Of a stretch of 64,000 nucleotides of DNA, positions 27,861-37,569 are shown in pieces. The stretch is taken from positions 124,001 to 188,000 of IMG/VR virus record IMGVR_UViG_3300047558_000137; one strand, written 5' to 3'. Position 1 is the first letter of the stretch; every line of letters starts with the position of its first letter. A program made the position numbers and the translations under genes. The notes under the pieces were generated by a model. It worked only from the letters and a program-made list of their open reading frames with translations. It made no database searches and was not told the origin of the DNA.

Positions 27861-30074
27861 TTATAAAATCAACGCTTCGATCATCTTTTCGCCAACTTCG
27901 TCGCTAGATTCTAATGCTATAGCAAATACATCACTTGAATGTGGTACGCCTGCTACCGCACAACCGTTTGCACCAGCAATTAGTCGTTGGCCTTTTCTAA
28001 TAAATCCAATTACACGCACAGGAACTCGACCTTTAAGTGCAACAGCTTGACCATTGCATTCACTATTCATCAAGTAAGCAGGAGATTCTGATATAGCACC
28101 AATTGCTCTATCGCCAATTTGACATGCAGTTACTTCAGCTTCTCCGCCAACTGCAACCACTGTACCAATTGAGTACTCTTGGTCTGTTACATATTTCTCT
28201 GCCAAGTCGGCATACTTGGCCTGTGTAGATACACCATAGAATGTATTAAACCAACTAGTTGGACTACCTAGGTTATATGTTACGTTGGCACTTGGCATAA
28301 TGTTGCCGGTTATAATAATACCACTGCCGTTAGTAGTTGGTGCTACCAATGTAATATTGGCTGTGGAGTTTACAGACAGGTTACTTAATGTACCAACTGC
28401 GGTAATACCAGTCTGTACCGCTGTTCCTATAGTACCAATATGTACTGCACCAACGTTACCAATAGTGGCTGCATTAATAGTTGTTGAACTCAATGAGTTA
28501 ATATTGGCACTAGGTGTTTGTACATTTGCAACGCCTTGTATATAACCGCCGGTGATAACTGCATTGGCTGTGTTAATGCTACCAGCATATAATGTTGTTA
28601 CGTTACCGTTTGTACTATTTAGGCTGGTAATATACCCTGTAGCGGCAGTAATGTTTGCCAGGCCTTGTATATACCCGCCTGATATTACTGCATTGGCAGT
28701 ACTAAAACTGTTTGCAACCAATATTCCATGGTTACTTGCACCACTTACTGTTAATCCAGTCAGTGTTCCTAGGCTAGTTACGTTAGTCTGTGCCGCTGTT
28801 TGCAGTTGGCCATATACTGGACCAACAAATGCACCGGCAGTAATGTTACCACTAACACCTAATTGTGTTAGACCTGTTAATGAACCAGTGACAGTAATAG
28901 TGGTAGCGGTAATGTTAGTAACGCCAATTGACGTTGCTTGTAATGTGTTTGTGGAAGTTGTGCCGATAACAGTTAAGTTGCCCAGACTACCAACTGTGGT
29001 AATTCCTGTTTGCACTGGATTAGTTACGTTGCCCCACACGTTGCCTACAAATCCACCAGCTACTACGTTTCCAAATACTCCTAGACCACCGGCAGTGATT
29101 GCAATAGCGCCAGTTGATGAACTAGTAGAAGCTTCAGCTGATGTAAATCTTGCACTACCGGTAACAATACCTCCAATTAATGGAGTACCGTACCAGCCTA
29201 TTGTGTTAGCAGTAAGAACAGCGTACCCACCTGAGTATACATTTCCAGTAGACATTATAGATCCACTTACTGTAGCGTTCGATGCAACAGTTAGATTGCC
29301 GCCTGCGTTAACGTTACCTGCAATGCCTGCGCCACCTGCAACAATCAATGCCCCGGTTGCAGTGCTTGTACTTGGTGTGGTATTGCTTAATAGGCCGCTA
29401 CCAAAGTGTACGTTACCATATATACCACTATAAACTACACTGTTACCCAACATTGGGTCAGCATCATTATTGTTTGTGATTTTATAGACAAAATCGTTGG
29501 TTTGGTATTGATACCCAAAGAACGAATATGTGTTAACTGGATAATGGTGGCTAATGTTGCCAAAAATACCCACGTCTTTAACGTCACCTACTGCGGCGTT
29601 AGCATGAACTACCAACAGACCAGCATCAGTGGTCTGTGCAACACCACCAGAAACTGCTGATACATAATATAAATTTCTAAAAGGACGGGTAACACTACCT
29701 AAGTCGTATACGCCACTATCAGTTGGAATAATGTTACCCGATGTGTATACTGTGTTGGCAAAGTAAGTTGTACCGCCGCTATATAACCCAGTATTTGCAA
29801 TTACATTGTCGGCAGCTAAATTGGCAGAAAATGCCGCTGTAGTGCCTGTTGCGTTTGCTGTAAATGAATTAGTAAAACTAGCATTTACAGAAGTAAGTTG
29901 GTTGGATATAGTAGAGTTTAAAAAGTCTACCTGCGTTCCGTTTAAGAAAGCAGAAACGTTAGCGAAGTTGTCGTCTACCTTTTTAAACGCTTCTCGAATG
30001 TTGTCACCAGTACCGTCGTTGGGACTAGTACCAATATTAACGTCTGTAATCTTATTAGATTCCCACAATGCCAT
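27861..30074 (-). CDS. Tail fibre / baseplate protein
   Basis: N-terminal VNIGTSPNDGTGDNIREAF (T4 gp9/gp10-like), T.VG.L..L.V repeats, C-terminal ADLAEKY domain. Confidence 0.7.
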   Translation of the reverse strand: MALWESNKITDVNIGTSPNDGTGDNIREAFKKVDDNFANVSAFLNGTQVDFLNSTISNQLTSVNASFTNSFTANATGTTAAFSANLAADNVIANTGLYSGGTTYFANTVYTSGNIIPTDSGVYDLGSVTRPFRNLYYVSAVSGGVAQTTDAGLLVVHANAAVGDVKDVGIFGNISHHYPVNTYSFFGYQYQTNDFVYKITNNNDADPMLGNSVVYSGIYGNVHFGSGLLSNTTPSTSTATGALIVAGGAGIAGNVNAGGNLTVASNATVSGSIMSTGNVYSGGYAVLTANTIGWYGTPLIGGIVTGSARFTSAEASTSSSTGAIAITAGGLGVFGNVVAGGFVGNVWGNVTNPVQTGITTVGSLGNLTVIGTTSTNTLQATSIGVTNITATTITVTGSLTGLTQLGVSGNITAGAFVGPVYGQLQTAAQTNVTSLGTLTGLTVSGASNHGILVANSFSTANAVISGGYIQGLANITAATGYITSLNSTNGNVTTLYAGSINTANAVITGGYIQGVANVQTPSANINSLSSTTINAATIGNVGAVHIGTIGTAVQTGITAVGTLSNLSVNSTANITLVAPTTNGSGIIITGNIMPSANVTYNLGSPTSWFNTFYGVSTQAKYADLAEKYVTDQEYSIGTVVAVGGEAEVTACQIGDRAIGAISESPAYLMNSECNGQAVALKGRVPVRVIGFIRKGQRLIAGANGCAVAGVPHSSDVFAIALESSDEVGEKMIEALIL

Positions 30075-30129
30075 AGCTCAAATCCTTATATAGCTTATTT
30101 AGCTGGATTTGAGAAAGCAGGGTTTTGGA

Positions 30130-30453
30130 TTAAATGCTAAAACTGCTACCGCAACCGCATGTTGTTTGTGCGTTTGGGTTATTAATAGTAAAACTGCTGC
30201 CCATTAATTCTTCTTTATAATCAATGGTAGCGCCAGTTAAATACTGCCCACTCATAACATCTACTAGAACTTTTACCCCATCTAGGTCAAAATCCCAATC
30301 GTCATCAGTTTTTTCTTCGTCCAGTGTAAATCCATAGCTAAATCCCGAGCAGCCGCCACCTTGGACAAACACTCGTAAGTTAACGTTTGGATTGTTTTCT
30401 TCTGCTAAAATGTCTCGAATTTTAGCTTTTGCTGATTCAGTAATAGTAATCAT
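30130..30453 (-). CDS. erpA: A-type Fe-S cluster carrier (ErpA/IscA)
   Basis: [15 protein letters not shown] ... [14 protein letters not shown]. Confidence 0.92.
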   Translation of the reverse strand: MITITESAKAKIRDILAEENNPNVNLRVFVQGGGCSGFSYGFTLDEEKTDDDWDFDLDGVKVLVDVMSGQYLTGATIDYKEELMGSSFTINNPNAQTTCGCGSSFSI

Positions 30454-30458
30454 ACAAA

Positions 30459-30677
30459 TTATTTATTGCGATATACTACACGACCGCGATTTAAGTCATA
30501 TGGACTCATTTCAACTTCTACACTGTCACCTAGTAGAATACGAATATTGTGTTGACGAAGTTTTCCGCCAATTGTGGCAGTAATCATATGATCGTTTTCG
30601 AGTTTAACTCTAAACATTGCATTGGGCAGTACCTCGTCAATTTTACCTGCCATGCGAATTTGCTCTTCTTTGGCCAT
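30459..30677 (-). CDS. infA: Translation initiation factor IF-1
   Basis: [25 protein letters not shown]...[25 protein letters not shown]. Confidence 0.95.
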   Translation of the reverse strand: MAKEEQIRMAGKIDEVLPNAMFRVKLENDHMITATIGGKLRQHNIRILLGDSVEVEMSPYDLNRGRVVYRNK

Positions 30678-30717
30678 TTTGCTTTTGCGTTATCCTTTCA
30701 TTATCTACGCTGTTTAC

Positions 30718-30993
30718 TTATGCCAAAGGTTTGGCAATTAGTTTAATAAACATGAACTTTTTCATGTGTTTTTCGCTGCCAGTGACGTAGCCCAACGGAT
30801 AGGTGCCGCGGCAGTCTTTAACTACCTTGACTCCACCCTTGGGGCCTTGGCGCCATATTACGTCACTGCATTGAACCGCGTCATAGTACGACCTAGTGGC
30901 ATACTTGTGGTCTGGAGAATCGAACGTATAAACGCCGCGGGGACGACTGGGACTGTCCCAATTGACTTCGCAGTAGTACTGGTAATTAGCCAC
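30718..30993 (-). CDS. Hypothetical protein
   Basis: Probable GTG start overlapping upstream stop. Confidence 0.55.
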   Translation of the reverse strand: MANYQYYCEVNWDSPSRPRGVYTFDSPDHKYATRSYYDAVQCSDVIWRQGPKGGVKVVKDCRGTYPLGYVTGSEKHMKKFMFIKLIAKPLA

Positions 30994-31381
30994 GGCGCAT
31001 ACGGCTGATTTCCACCGCCTCATCATCACTGAAGATGGGCACGGCGTTGCTTTTGTGCATGGTACCAATGCCAAGAATCTTAGTACCTGTATATTGTGGA
31101 ATAGCTTTTGTAGTTGCAATACCGTCGCCAGTATTACGACTAGGAATGTGGTTAGTAGTTGAACGGCCCGGCGGAGCTGACAACGAATAATTCAGTGGCT
31201 CAGCCTTTAAGGCACGTTGACGTCGGCGGTCTTCTTGTTCGGCGCCATGACGCTTTTTAAGTTCTGCCCATTCTTGATTAAGACGCTCATGCGCTGCCTT
31301 GGCTTCGGCGCTCTTAAACTTGATCTTGCCTTTTTTCTTACCAGATAGGCTCAAACTGGGGTGTGCTAAGTGCATTGTCAT
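30986..31381 (-). CDS. Basic hypothetical phage protein
   Basis: YTGTKILGIGTMHKSNAVP; leaderless TGCTATAAT-N6-ATG. Confidence 0.65.
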   Translation of the reverse strand: MTMHLAHPSLSLSGKKKGKIKFKSAEAKAAHERLNQEWAELKKRHGAEQEDRRRQRALKAEPLNYSLSAPPGRSTTNHIPSRNTGDGIATTKAIPQYTGTKILGIGTMHKSNAVPIFSDDEAVEISRMRRG

Positions 31382-31398
31382 AGCTGTATTATAGCATA

Positions 31399-31728
31399 TT
31401 ATTCAAATTGATCTGGCCAGTCTCTGTAGTAAGCATGTTGTAAGTTTTCGGCAAATTGATTAAAACTTTTGTGTTTAGTTTCTAGCTCGCCCTCTTGTGG
31501 GGCAACACGCTTAAATGCGGACTCTAGCTGTGTCATATCCTTAAAGTCCATCATAATGTGCCACTCGGGAATGTCCATACTACGAAACCCCATTTTACAA
31601 CGAGTAATTCTGTAGCTGACCATTTTGCCTTCTTTGACTAAATGATCTAAAAATCCCCGCATATTAGCAACCCACTGTGAGTCACTAATGTCGCCTTTCT
31701 TGTCACACCAAACGTGATAGATATCCAT
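31399..31728 (-). CDS. Dimeric alpha-beta barrel-like hypothetical protein
   Basis: Pattern YHVWCD...YRITRCKMG...WHIMMDF..QLESAF; fold inferred. Confidence 0.4.
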   Translation of the reverse strand: MDIYHVWCDKKGDISDSQWVANMRGFLDHLVKEGKMVSYRITRCKMGFRSMDIPEWHIMMDFKDMTQLESAFKRVAPQEGELETKHKSFNQFAENLQHAYYRDWPDQFE

Positions 31729-32153
31729 TATAAAGTCCCTAACATTTTAAACCCTTGCAGGCCTAGCATATAGGGTTCAGTTGATTCAAAATACATAAAT
31801 TGATATCCTCTATCTCGATAGATAGCACATTCATTTTGTAAACTGCGTATGCCCAATCTTAATTTAGGGTTGGCATAATCCCAAGCATGGTGGTCTACAA
31901 CAACGGTTTGGCTATCCCAAATACGATACATGCTCCATGCTATTAGTCGATCTTGTTCATAATATCCAAATACTTCAGTGTTAGGTACAGAGAATCTCCC
32001 TGGTACCATTGGCATAACACTTTTAAATTTTTTGTATAAGCAGTATTCTTTATAAACTCGATTGATTTCGTCTATTGGAACAGGGTTTAATAAATGTGCT
32101 TCTAATGTAATATTATAAGTGACCGTAGTTAAATCTATACGACCGAATTCCAT
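31728..32153 (-). CDS. GNAT-fold protein resembling the C-terminal domain of arginyl/leucyl-tRNA protein transferases (ATE/Bpt)
   Basis: LIAWSMYRI...HHAWDYANPKLRLGIRSLQNECAIYRDRGYQFMY. Confidence 0.5.
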   Translation of the reverse strand: MEFGRIDLTTVTYNITLEAHLLNPVPIDEINRVYKEYCLYKKFKSVMPMVPGRFSVPNTEVFGYYEQDRLIAWSMYRIWDSQTVVVDHHAWDYANPKLRLGIRSLQNECAIYRDRGYQFMYFESTEPYMLGLQGFKMLGTL

Positions 32154-32156
32154 GAA

Positions 32157-32636
32157 CTATTTGAATCTCCAGTTGACAACTTGATCTAGTGCAGCCTGGT
32201 CCCAGTTATTGTAGTAACCCTTAGATTTAAGTTGATCGGCTGCTGTATTTAACTTGTCTAGTTTCTGTACCACTAATAATCCAGCCAACCCAAAGTTCAT
32301 CTTTACGCCATTGACATATTCCTCAGCATCAGGATGATCTTCTAAGACTACATAGTTATGGGGCATTAAAATTTTATTGTATGCCTGTACAAGACTTGCT
32401 AATACAACTTGGTCCACCTGTGTGTGGTCAAACCAAACAACTACAACTTCTTTAGTTTCAAGTTCTTGTAGATTTGCTTCAACTGTATTAACAAGATTAC
32501 CAGGATCGCTTTTTACAATGGCTATTTTATTGTTTACCCTGGCCTGTCTTGCAAAAGGACAAGGCGCCCATGCGCCTAATGCAGGATGTGGAACTTCCAC
32601 AAACTCCTGCATCCATTTAATTAATTGCTGTTCCAT
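32157..32636 (-). CDS. Hypothetical protein with PCPFA motif (DUF1415-like)
   Basis: W..EFVE.P......APCPFA; LEDHP. Confidence 0.45.
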   Translation of the reverse strand: MEQQLIKWMQEFVEVPHPALGAWAPCPFARQARVNNKIAIVKSDPGNLVNTVEANLQELETKEVVVVWFDHTQVDQVVLASLVQAYNKILMPHNYVVLEDHPDAEEYVNGVKMNFGLAGLLVVQKLDKLNTAADQLKSKGYYNNWDQAALDQVVNWRFK

Positions 32637-33000
32637 CGCTGGTTAATTTTAATTTGGCAAGTGGGATTTCTTCTAAACGTGGACCTGCTAGTGCTCGCTC
32701 TTTGTCAATTAAAAAGATATGCCCTTTAAAACGCTCGAGCAGATGCTTTTTAATTTCTTCTTCATCACGACCTTGACCTAGAAATTGATCAGTTTCTGCA
32801 TCAAACCAGTAAGTCATATCGCCATGTTTTTCCGGTTTAATTTCGTGTATCATTTTAGATACACGCTTGTACATAGATTCAATTTCTGCTTCACTGGGGC
32901 GATTGCGCCAGCGATCAATTACACGAATCACTACAGACCAAAAGATAGCCCATAGAGTTAGCTGTAACATAAATCCTAAGAATTCTGCGATAATTTCCAT
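32617..33000 (-). CDS. Hypothetical membrane-anchored protein
   Basis: N-terminal TM helix; FLGQG motif. Confidence 0.55.
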   Translation of the reverse strand: MEIIAEFLGFMLQLTLWAIFWSVVIRVIDRWRNRPSEAEIESMYKRVSKMIHEIKPEKHGDMTYWFDAETDQFLGQGRDEEEIKKHLLERFKGHIFLIDKERALAGPRLEEIPLAKLKLTSDGTAIN

Positions 33001-33001
33001 A

Positions 33002-33718
33002 TTAGTCCCAAAGTGCCTGATAATACTTACCAAACAGTCGGAAGCCGTTGCTAATACGGTCTTGCACAACCTTCATGCCTTCGTAATCACATTTGTATGT
33101 ATCGTTTGGTCCACGATCCATTTGGTAATATTTATGTTCACCTTTTGGAACTTGATTACCATCTTTATCGACAGGCACCCACAGCATGTCTATCTCGCCT
33201 GAGCGAAACTCATCTTGCCAGCTTTCATCAAGTTCATGCTCAAAGGCAAATATCATTTCATCCATTACCCAATCCCAACGCTTGAAATGATTGTCGTCGG
33301 TGTCGTATTCATTTTCTTTAGGAGGTGCGCTGGTGCTACGCAATTCTTCCGGTACATCAGCATCATCTACAAATGGCGCACCGTGTTTATCACGCTTTAG
33401 CTGTCGTAGCATAGGCAAGGCAATCATGCCCAGCGTATGATCCATTGACCAAGTGTCCCAACGATCAATCTTAACGTATTCAATACGTGGGTAAATCTTT
33501 TCGCCAACCCACTGAATAGCACGACTAACGGGTACTAGTCGTTCAGCAAGTGCTTCTGCCCATTCGGGACGATCAAACCATTTACGGTTTTCGTCTAGTG
33601 CAGATTCAATGCTTTTATCGCGATGGCAACGACTCCAGTCAGTCCAAAAGAACGCCAAGTCCACGATAGTGTAGGGACTAAGCCAATGATCTCGATATTT
33701 GCTGATGTAAACTTTCAT
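33002..33718 (-). CDS. Hypothetical phage protein
   Basis: 238 aa; TATAAT-N6-ATG upstream. Confidence 0.7.
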   Translation of the reverse strand: MKVYISKYRDHWLSPYTIVDLAFFWTDWSRCHRDKSIESALDENRKWFDRPEWAEALAERLVPVSRAIQWVGEKIYPRIEYVKIDRWDTWSMDHTLGMIALPMLRQLKRDKHGAPFVDDADVPEELRSTSAPPKENEYDTDDNHFKRWDWVMDEMIFAFEHELDESWQDEFRSGEIDMLWVPVDKDGNQVPKGEHKYYQMDRGPNDTYKCDYEGMKVVQDRISNGFRLFGKYYQALWD

Positions 33719-33749
33719 AGCTTAATTATATATTTAATTGAATTTCTGG

Positions 33750-34019
33750 TCAAGCCCATCGTAGGGCAAACGCTGTGGCGTCTGCTGGATGTTCAAAATA
33801 CCAATAGTTTTGCACCAATTTATAGTCGCCTGTTGCACTAATATGGACCCAGGCTGCAATTTCTACAATGGTATTTGTAATTTTATATCTTTCCATGCTG
33901 ACATTGGCCCTAGTCCATCCATCACCAATTAGTTTTTCTGCCATTATATTATCAATAATCTCTTGATCTATTTGGCGGGCTAAATGTGTCGAAGCCTCGT
34001 TGGCCCAATCATCTTTCAT
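33750..34019 (-). CDS. FxLRW-array protein
   Basis: Ends ADATAFALRWA. Confidence 0.75.
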   Translation of the reverse strand: MKDDWANEASTHLARQIDQEIIDNIMAEKLIGDGWTRANVSMERYKITNTIVEIAAWVHISATGDYKLVQNYWYFEHPADATAFALRWA

Positions 34020-34267
34020 GCCCATTTCAGTACAAATGCAGTATAGTCTTGATCTTCATCAAAGTATACACGAATTCTATAACCTCGCTCTGTACTTTCG
34101 TAGGTAGCACCAACTTGCTCAAGTTCCTCATCTAGGATTCTTTCTAACATTCCAGGAGGTGCAGTTGGTGTGCCAATACGGCGTCGCCATACATCCGCAT
34201 ACCAACGCTCAAAGTAGTTCTTGGGCTTATTACAGTTGATGTTCTGATAATACTCTTTTACAATCAT
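34016..34267 (-). CDS. FxLRW-array protein
   Basis: Ends DYTAFVLKWA. Confidence 0.75.
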   Translation of the reverse strand: MIVKEYYQNINCNKPKNYFERWYADVWRRRIGTPTAPPGMLERILDEELEQVGATYESTERGYRIRVYFDEDQDYTAFVLKWA

Positions 34268-34515
34268 GCCCACCTCAACAAAAACATCGTAAACTTTTGT
34301 TCATCAATCACACGGTAATCTTTCATGTTGTAATCTTTGTCTAACTTTACTTCTACACCGTATTCGATCAACACATGATGAAGTTGTGCGTCATAAACAG
34401 GATTGCCTGTGACTACTTTTGCTTCTGGGAGAACTGACCAATAATGATTTGGTGACGGTTGTCCCATACTTTCCACAGCTCGTGCCAATATTAGTTGTAA
34501 GTCACAAGATTTCAT
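34264..34515 (-). CDS. FxLRW-array protein
   Basis: Ends EQKFTMFLLRWA. Confidence 0.75.
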   Translation of the reverse strand: MKSCDLQLILARAVESMGQPSPNHYWSVLPEAKVVTGNPVYDAQLHHVLIEYGVEVKLDKDYNMKDYRVIDEQKFTMFLLRWA

Positions 34516-34943
34516 GCCCACCTCAACTTATAAAACACAAAATCTTTTTCGTCGCGAAAGTAGATTGCCCCGACCCCGCACCACCACCGACTCCACGCAT
34601 CTGGTTTGTTTGGATGTTTTCCGAAATGTTCTGTACACCATTTGATGATTTCGTTATACTCGCGGCCCAGGGGATAGATGCTATTGCTAATGTCAACAGT
34701 GTGCCATTTAGCCCGACTGAATTGGTATTTGGGTTTTGTAACAGGATGCATTGGTAAAAAGATTTCTTTACATAAGTTACTATCGTAGATTCTGTTTTTC
34801 AAAATCTTTGTGTACAAACTCTTACCAGTTTGACGGCCCACGCTGATTACATTTATTGTGCCAGCTGGGATACCACCAGCGGTATTACCTAACACAGTTG
34901 GCATCCATGTTTCAAGATCAACGGTGATTGTTTTATTTTTCAT
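34512..34943 (-). CDS. FxLRW-array protein with N-terminal P-loop-like remnant (VGRQTGKS)
   Basis: Ends DEKDFVFYKLRWA. Confidence 0.7.
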   Translation of the reverse strand: MKNKTITVDLETWMPTVLGNTAGGIPAGTINVISVGRQTGKSLYTKILKNRIYDSNLCKEIFLPMHPVTKPKYQFSRAKWHTVDISNSIYPLGREYNEIIKWCTEHFGKHPNKPDAWSRWWCGVGAIYFRDEKDFVFYKLRWA

Positions 34944-35224
34944 GACCACCTCAACAAAAATGCAGTAACTAACTTCTCATCGTAGAAGTAAATATAGCCG
35001 CCGCGATAGTCCCAGTCGCTGTGTTCTCCACCTGCTAGATCACTAAGTGGGTTACCGAGTTCCCACAGCCACCTATACAATCCATGTGGCCAATCGATTG
35101 GCGTGCGATAAGTTTCCCAGCGTTCTTGGGCAGGATTATAATCAAACCTCCACTCATTTTTAGCATGTTTGTGACGAATAGTAGCCAAAATTTTCTCCGC
35201 CGGTGTCAACGGTGCTAACATCAT
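34940..35224 (-). CDS. FxLRW-array protein
   Basis: Ends EKLVTAFLLRWS. Confidence 0.75.
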   Translation of the reverse strand: MMLAPLTPAEKILATIRHKHAKNEWRFDYNPAQERWETYRTPIDWPHGLYRWLWELGNPLSDLAGGEHSDWDYRGGYIYFYDEKLVTAFLLRWS

Positions 35225-35505
35225 GCCCACCTCATCAGGAACACTGCCTTATCACGCTCGTGCTTGAAGAAGATTGTTTCAAATCTCCAAATCCAATCGC
35301 GTCCAAAATGTTCTTCACACCACAGCATGATTTCTTCAAATGGTGCAGCACCATTATACTGCCAGTGAGAGAAATACTGACACACAATATTAACTGCGTT
35401 TGCGTCATTTGTATATAGGCAAGGAGTCTCTGCTACAAACTCCCGTAGACGTTCGCGGAGAGTGCTGTAAATCGAATCAACTTGCAGTGTGTTCTTTACT
35501 TTCAT
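35221..35505 (-). CDS. FxLRW-array protein
   Basis: Ends RDKAVFLMRWA. Confidence 0.75.
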   Translation of the reverse strand: MKVKNTLQVDSIYSTLRERLREFVAETPCLYTNDANAVNIVCQYFSHWQYNGAAPFEEIMLWCEEHFGRDWIWRFETIFFKHERDKAVFLMRWA

Positions 35506-35732
35506 GACCACCTCAACATAAAAAGAGTTGCTTTTTCCTTGCTAGTAAATTGCCACCAGGTCCCGATATAATTGTGACATTCTCTCCAGCCTGCACATTT
35601 CTTTCCGTTGCCAAAAGTGTCCCGGCACCAATCAAACATGTTATCGTATCCGTTTCGATCTGCATGTTCAAAGTCTAAATGTACGTGCCATTGCCATTTT
35701 CTAGCATCTTTTCTACGTTGTTTTGAGTTCAT
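35502..35732 (-). CDS. FxLRW-array protein
   Basis: Ends EKATLFMLRWS. Confidence 0.75.
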   Translation of the reverse strand: MNSKQRRKDARKWQWHVHLDFEHADRNGYDNMFDWCRDTFGNGKKCAGWRECHNYIGTWWQFTSKEKATLFMLRWS

Positions 35733-35914
35733 GCCCACCTCAATAAAAATGCTGTTAAATCTTGTTCAGTCTTATAGACTATACCGGTTGCAAAAGCATC
35801 GTATTCAGGTCTGCTGTTACACCAGTCATAAATTTCATCCCACTCAGCCGCAGAGAAATGAAAACTAATACCAATGTAATTGTAGCGATGATCGATTGTA
35901 AACTTCTGAGTCAT
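35729..35914 (-). CDS. FxLRW-array protein
   Basis: Ends QDLTAFLLRWA. Confidence 0.75.
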   Translation of the reverse strand: MTQKFTIDHRYNYIGISFHFSAAEWDEIYDWCNSRPEYDAFATGIVYKTEQDLTAFLLRWA

Positions 35915-36108
35915 GCCCACACCAATGCAAATAACGTAGCGTCTACTTGACGCACAAACTTAAATGTGTAATCCCAGTCGTCTTTAAAGTAATCTGGCTT
36001 TGTGAAGTTCCAGTCCTTATGCTGAACCAAATTTTGATGCATTAGCCATGATAATATATCAGGAAGAACCTGATCACGTTTAATGCTAACACAAACATCG
36101 TAAGTCAT
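35911..36108 (-). CDS. FxLRW-array protein
   Basis: Ends DATLFALVWA. Confidence 0.75.
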   Translation of the reverse strand: MTYDVCVSIKRDQVLPDILSWLMHQNLVQHKDWNFTKPDYFKDDWDYTFKFVRQVDATLFALVWA

Positions 36109-36314
36109 GCCCACTTTAACCTAAACCACATGGCATCCTGCTCACGCTCAAACCAAACATAGCGACCAGCATAATACAGATAGAACTTACCAGGGCTGTC
36201 ATGCAGTTGCAGTTCACGCTTGAGATTTCGATCAAAACGATCATGCATATCGGAAACACTGACTTTGTGCCAGCGTAGTTGGCGAATCCGTTTATCTTTG
36301 TTCCAGTATTTCAT
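36105..36314 (-). CDS. FxLRW-array protein
   Basis: Ends EQDAMWFRLKWA. Confidence 0.75.
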   Translation of the reverse strand: MKYWNKDKRIRQLRWHKVSVSDMHDRFDRNLKRELQLHDSPGKFYLYYAGRYVWFEREQDAMWFRLKWA

Positions 36315-36631
36315 GACCACCTCAATGATAACCAAGTCAATAGTTCTTCGCTAATGATATAACGGTCCCAGAATCCGGGCCTTGTTGCTTTTAATTCACC
36401 ATGTTTCCACATGTATAGGGCTTGTTGCTCTATCCAGTGACTGACCTCTCTATTGACATCTACGACTACATACCCTTCGGGTACAGTTTCATTATGATTA
36501 GTAACCGTAACCCATTTGGGTGGTGTTAGATCCATAGGCTGTACACCCACAATATCTTGTGCTATTAACTTGGGAAGAATTTTCCTAATCATAGGAATCA
36601 TTATCATTGGATTTTTTAATGGGTCTGTCAT
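36311..36631 (-). CDS. FxLRW-array protein
   Basis: Ends EELLTWLSLRWS. Confidence 0.75.
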   Translation of the reverse strand: MTDPLKNPMIMIPMIRKILPKLIAQDIVGVQPMDLTPPKWVTVTNHNETVPEGYVVVDVNREVSHWIEQQALYMWKHGELKATRPGFWDRYIISEELLTWLSLRWS

Positions 36632-36855
36632 GCCCACCTCAACAAAAATGCAGATGCCTTGGCATCATCATTGAACTTAAAAACCACAGCCCACTGATTG
36701 AACTCAAGATATTGCTCTTTAGTACCGGAACGTCGGTTAAATTTAGCAAAACTCCAATCCCATGTGCGAACATCGTTACCGAAAGTCTCAAAACACCAAG
36801 TCAGCTGTTGTGTCAATCCGACATCAGACTTTGCGTCCACGTTTACTTTAATCAT
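36628..36855 (-). CDS. FxLRW-array protein
   Basis: Ends AKASAFLLRWA. Confidence 0.75.
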   Translation of the reverse strand: MIKVNVDAKSDVGLTQQLTWCFETFGNDVRTWDWSFAKFNRRSGTKEQYLEFNQWAVVFKFNDDAKASAFLLRWA

Positions 36856-37103
36856 TGCCACCTCAACCTACATATTGTAGCATCTTTTTCATGCAAGAAC
36901 CAGACACTTCTCATAAACATTTTGTATGTGTGCGGGTCAAAAGTTTCCCGGCACCACGTGTTAATTGTTTCAAAATCGTGTTGCTTCCAGTTTAGTGCAG
37001 TCTCATACTCTGCACCTAAATGCCATCCAAACTCCGGGGCCTCGCAAGGAGTCATAGGAATCATAACCTTTTTACCGTCAATGTATGTCCACACTTCTGT
37101 CAT
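36852..37103 (-). CDS. FxLRW-array protein
   Basis: Ends EKDATICRLRWQ. Confidence 0.75.
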   Translation of the reverse strand: MTEVWTYIDGKKVMIPMTPCEAPEFGWHLGAEYETALNWKQHDFETINTWCRETFDPHTYKMFMRSVWFLHEKDATICRLRWQ

Positions 37104-37327
37104 AGCTTTAATAAAAACATTAGATAGTGTTGTTCATTGTGAAATGTCAAATAGTTGCGACCTTCTTTCCAGTTGTAGTATTGTCCAACATCGTATTTGT
37201 CATTGAGCCAGCGCCAAAGATTACTGTATCGTATTTGATCCTTAAGCCAGCTATCTTTAATCTGCTCGATATGAGCATCAATTGGAATCTTGTGTTTGAA
37301 CCAATGATTAAACAGATGTACTTTCAT
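37100..37327 (-). CDS. FxLRW-array protein
   Basis: Ends EQHYLMFLLKL. Confidence 0.7.
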   Translation of the reverse strand: MKVHLFNHWFKHKIPIDAHIEQIKDSWLKDQIRYSNLWRWLNDKYDVGQYYNWKEGRNYLTFHNEQHYLMFLLKL

Positions 37328-37569
37328 GACCACCTCAATACAAATGCTGTATGACTAGATTCATTGTCCCAACGTAAATACCATCCTTGTGTTTTTGTTG
37401 CAACAAACCGCCCGCCAACGGGACGAAGCTCATGGTTCATTACTGTACCCGGATCCCACCCATTGGCACGAGCAATAGTCTGACAATGTTTAAAAAAGTT
37501 ATCAAAATACTTGGGCCATGCATCTTCCCAATAACCTTTAGTAACATGTACTATAAACTTGTCAGACAT
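37324..37569 (-). CDS. FxLRW-array protein
   Basis: Ends SHTAFVLRWS. Confidence 0.75.
   Translation of the reverse strand: MSDKFIVHVTKGYWEDAWPKYFDNFFKHCQTIARANGWDPGTVMNHELRPVGGRFVATKTQGWYLRWDNESSHTAFVLRWS

Noticed and set aside
28285-30093. Plus-strand ORFs up to 293 aa opposite the tail-fibre gene, and many other short antisense ORFs
   Set aside because: They are shadows of low-complexity minus-strand coding sequence with no motifs or RBS
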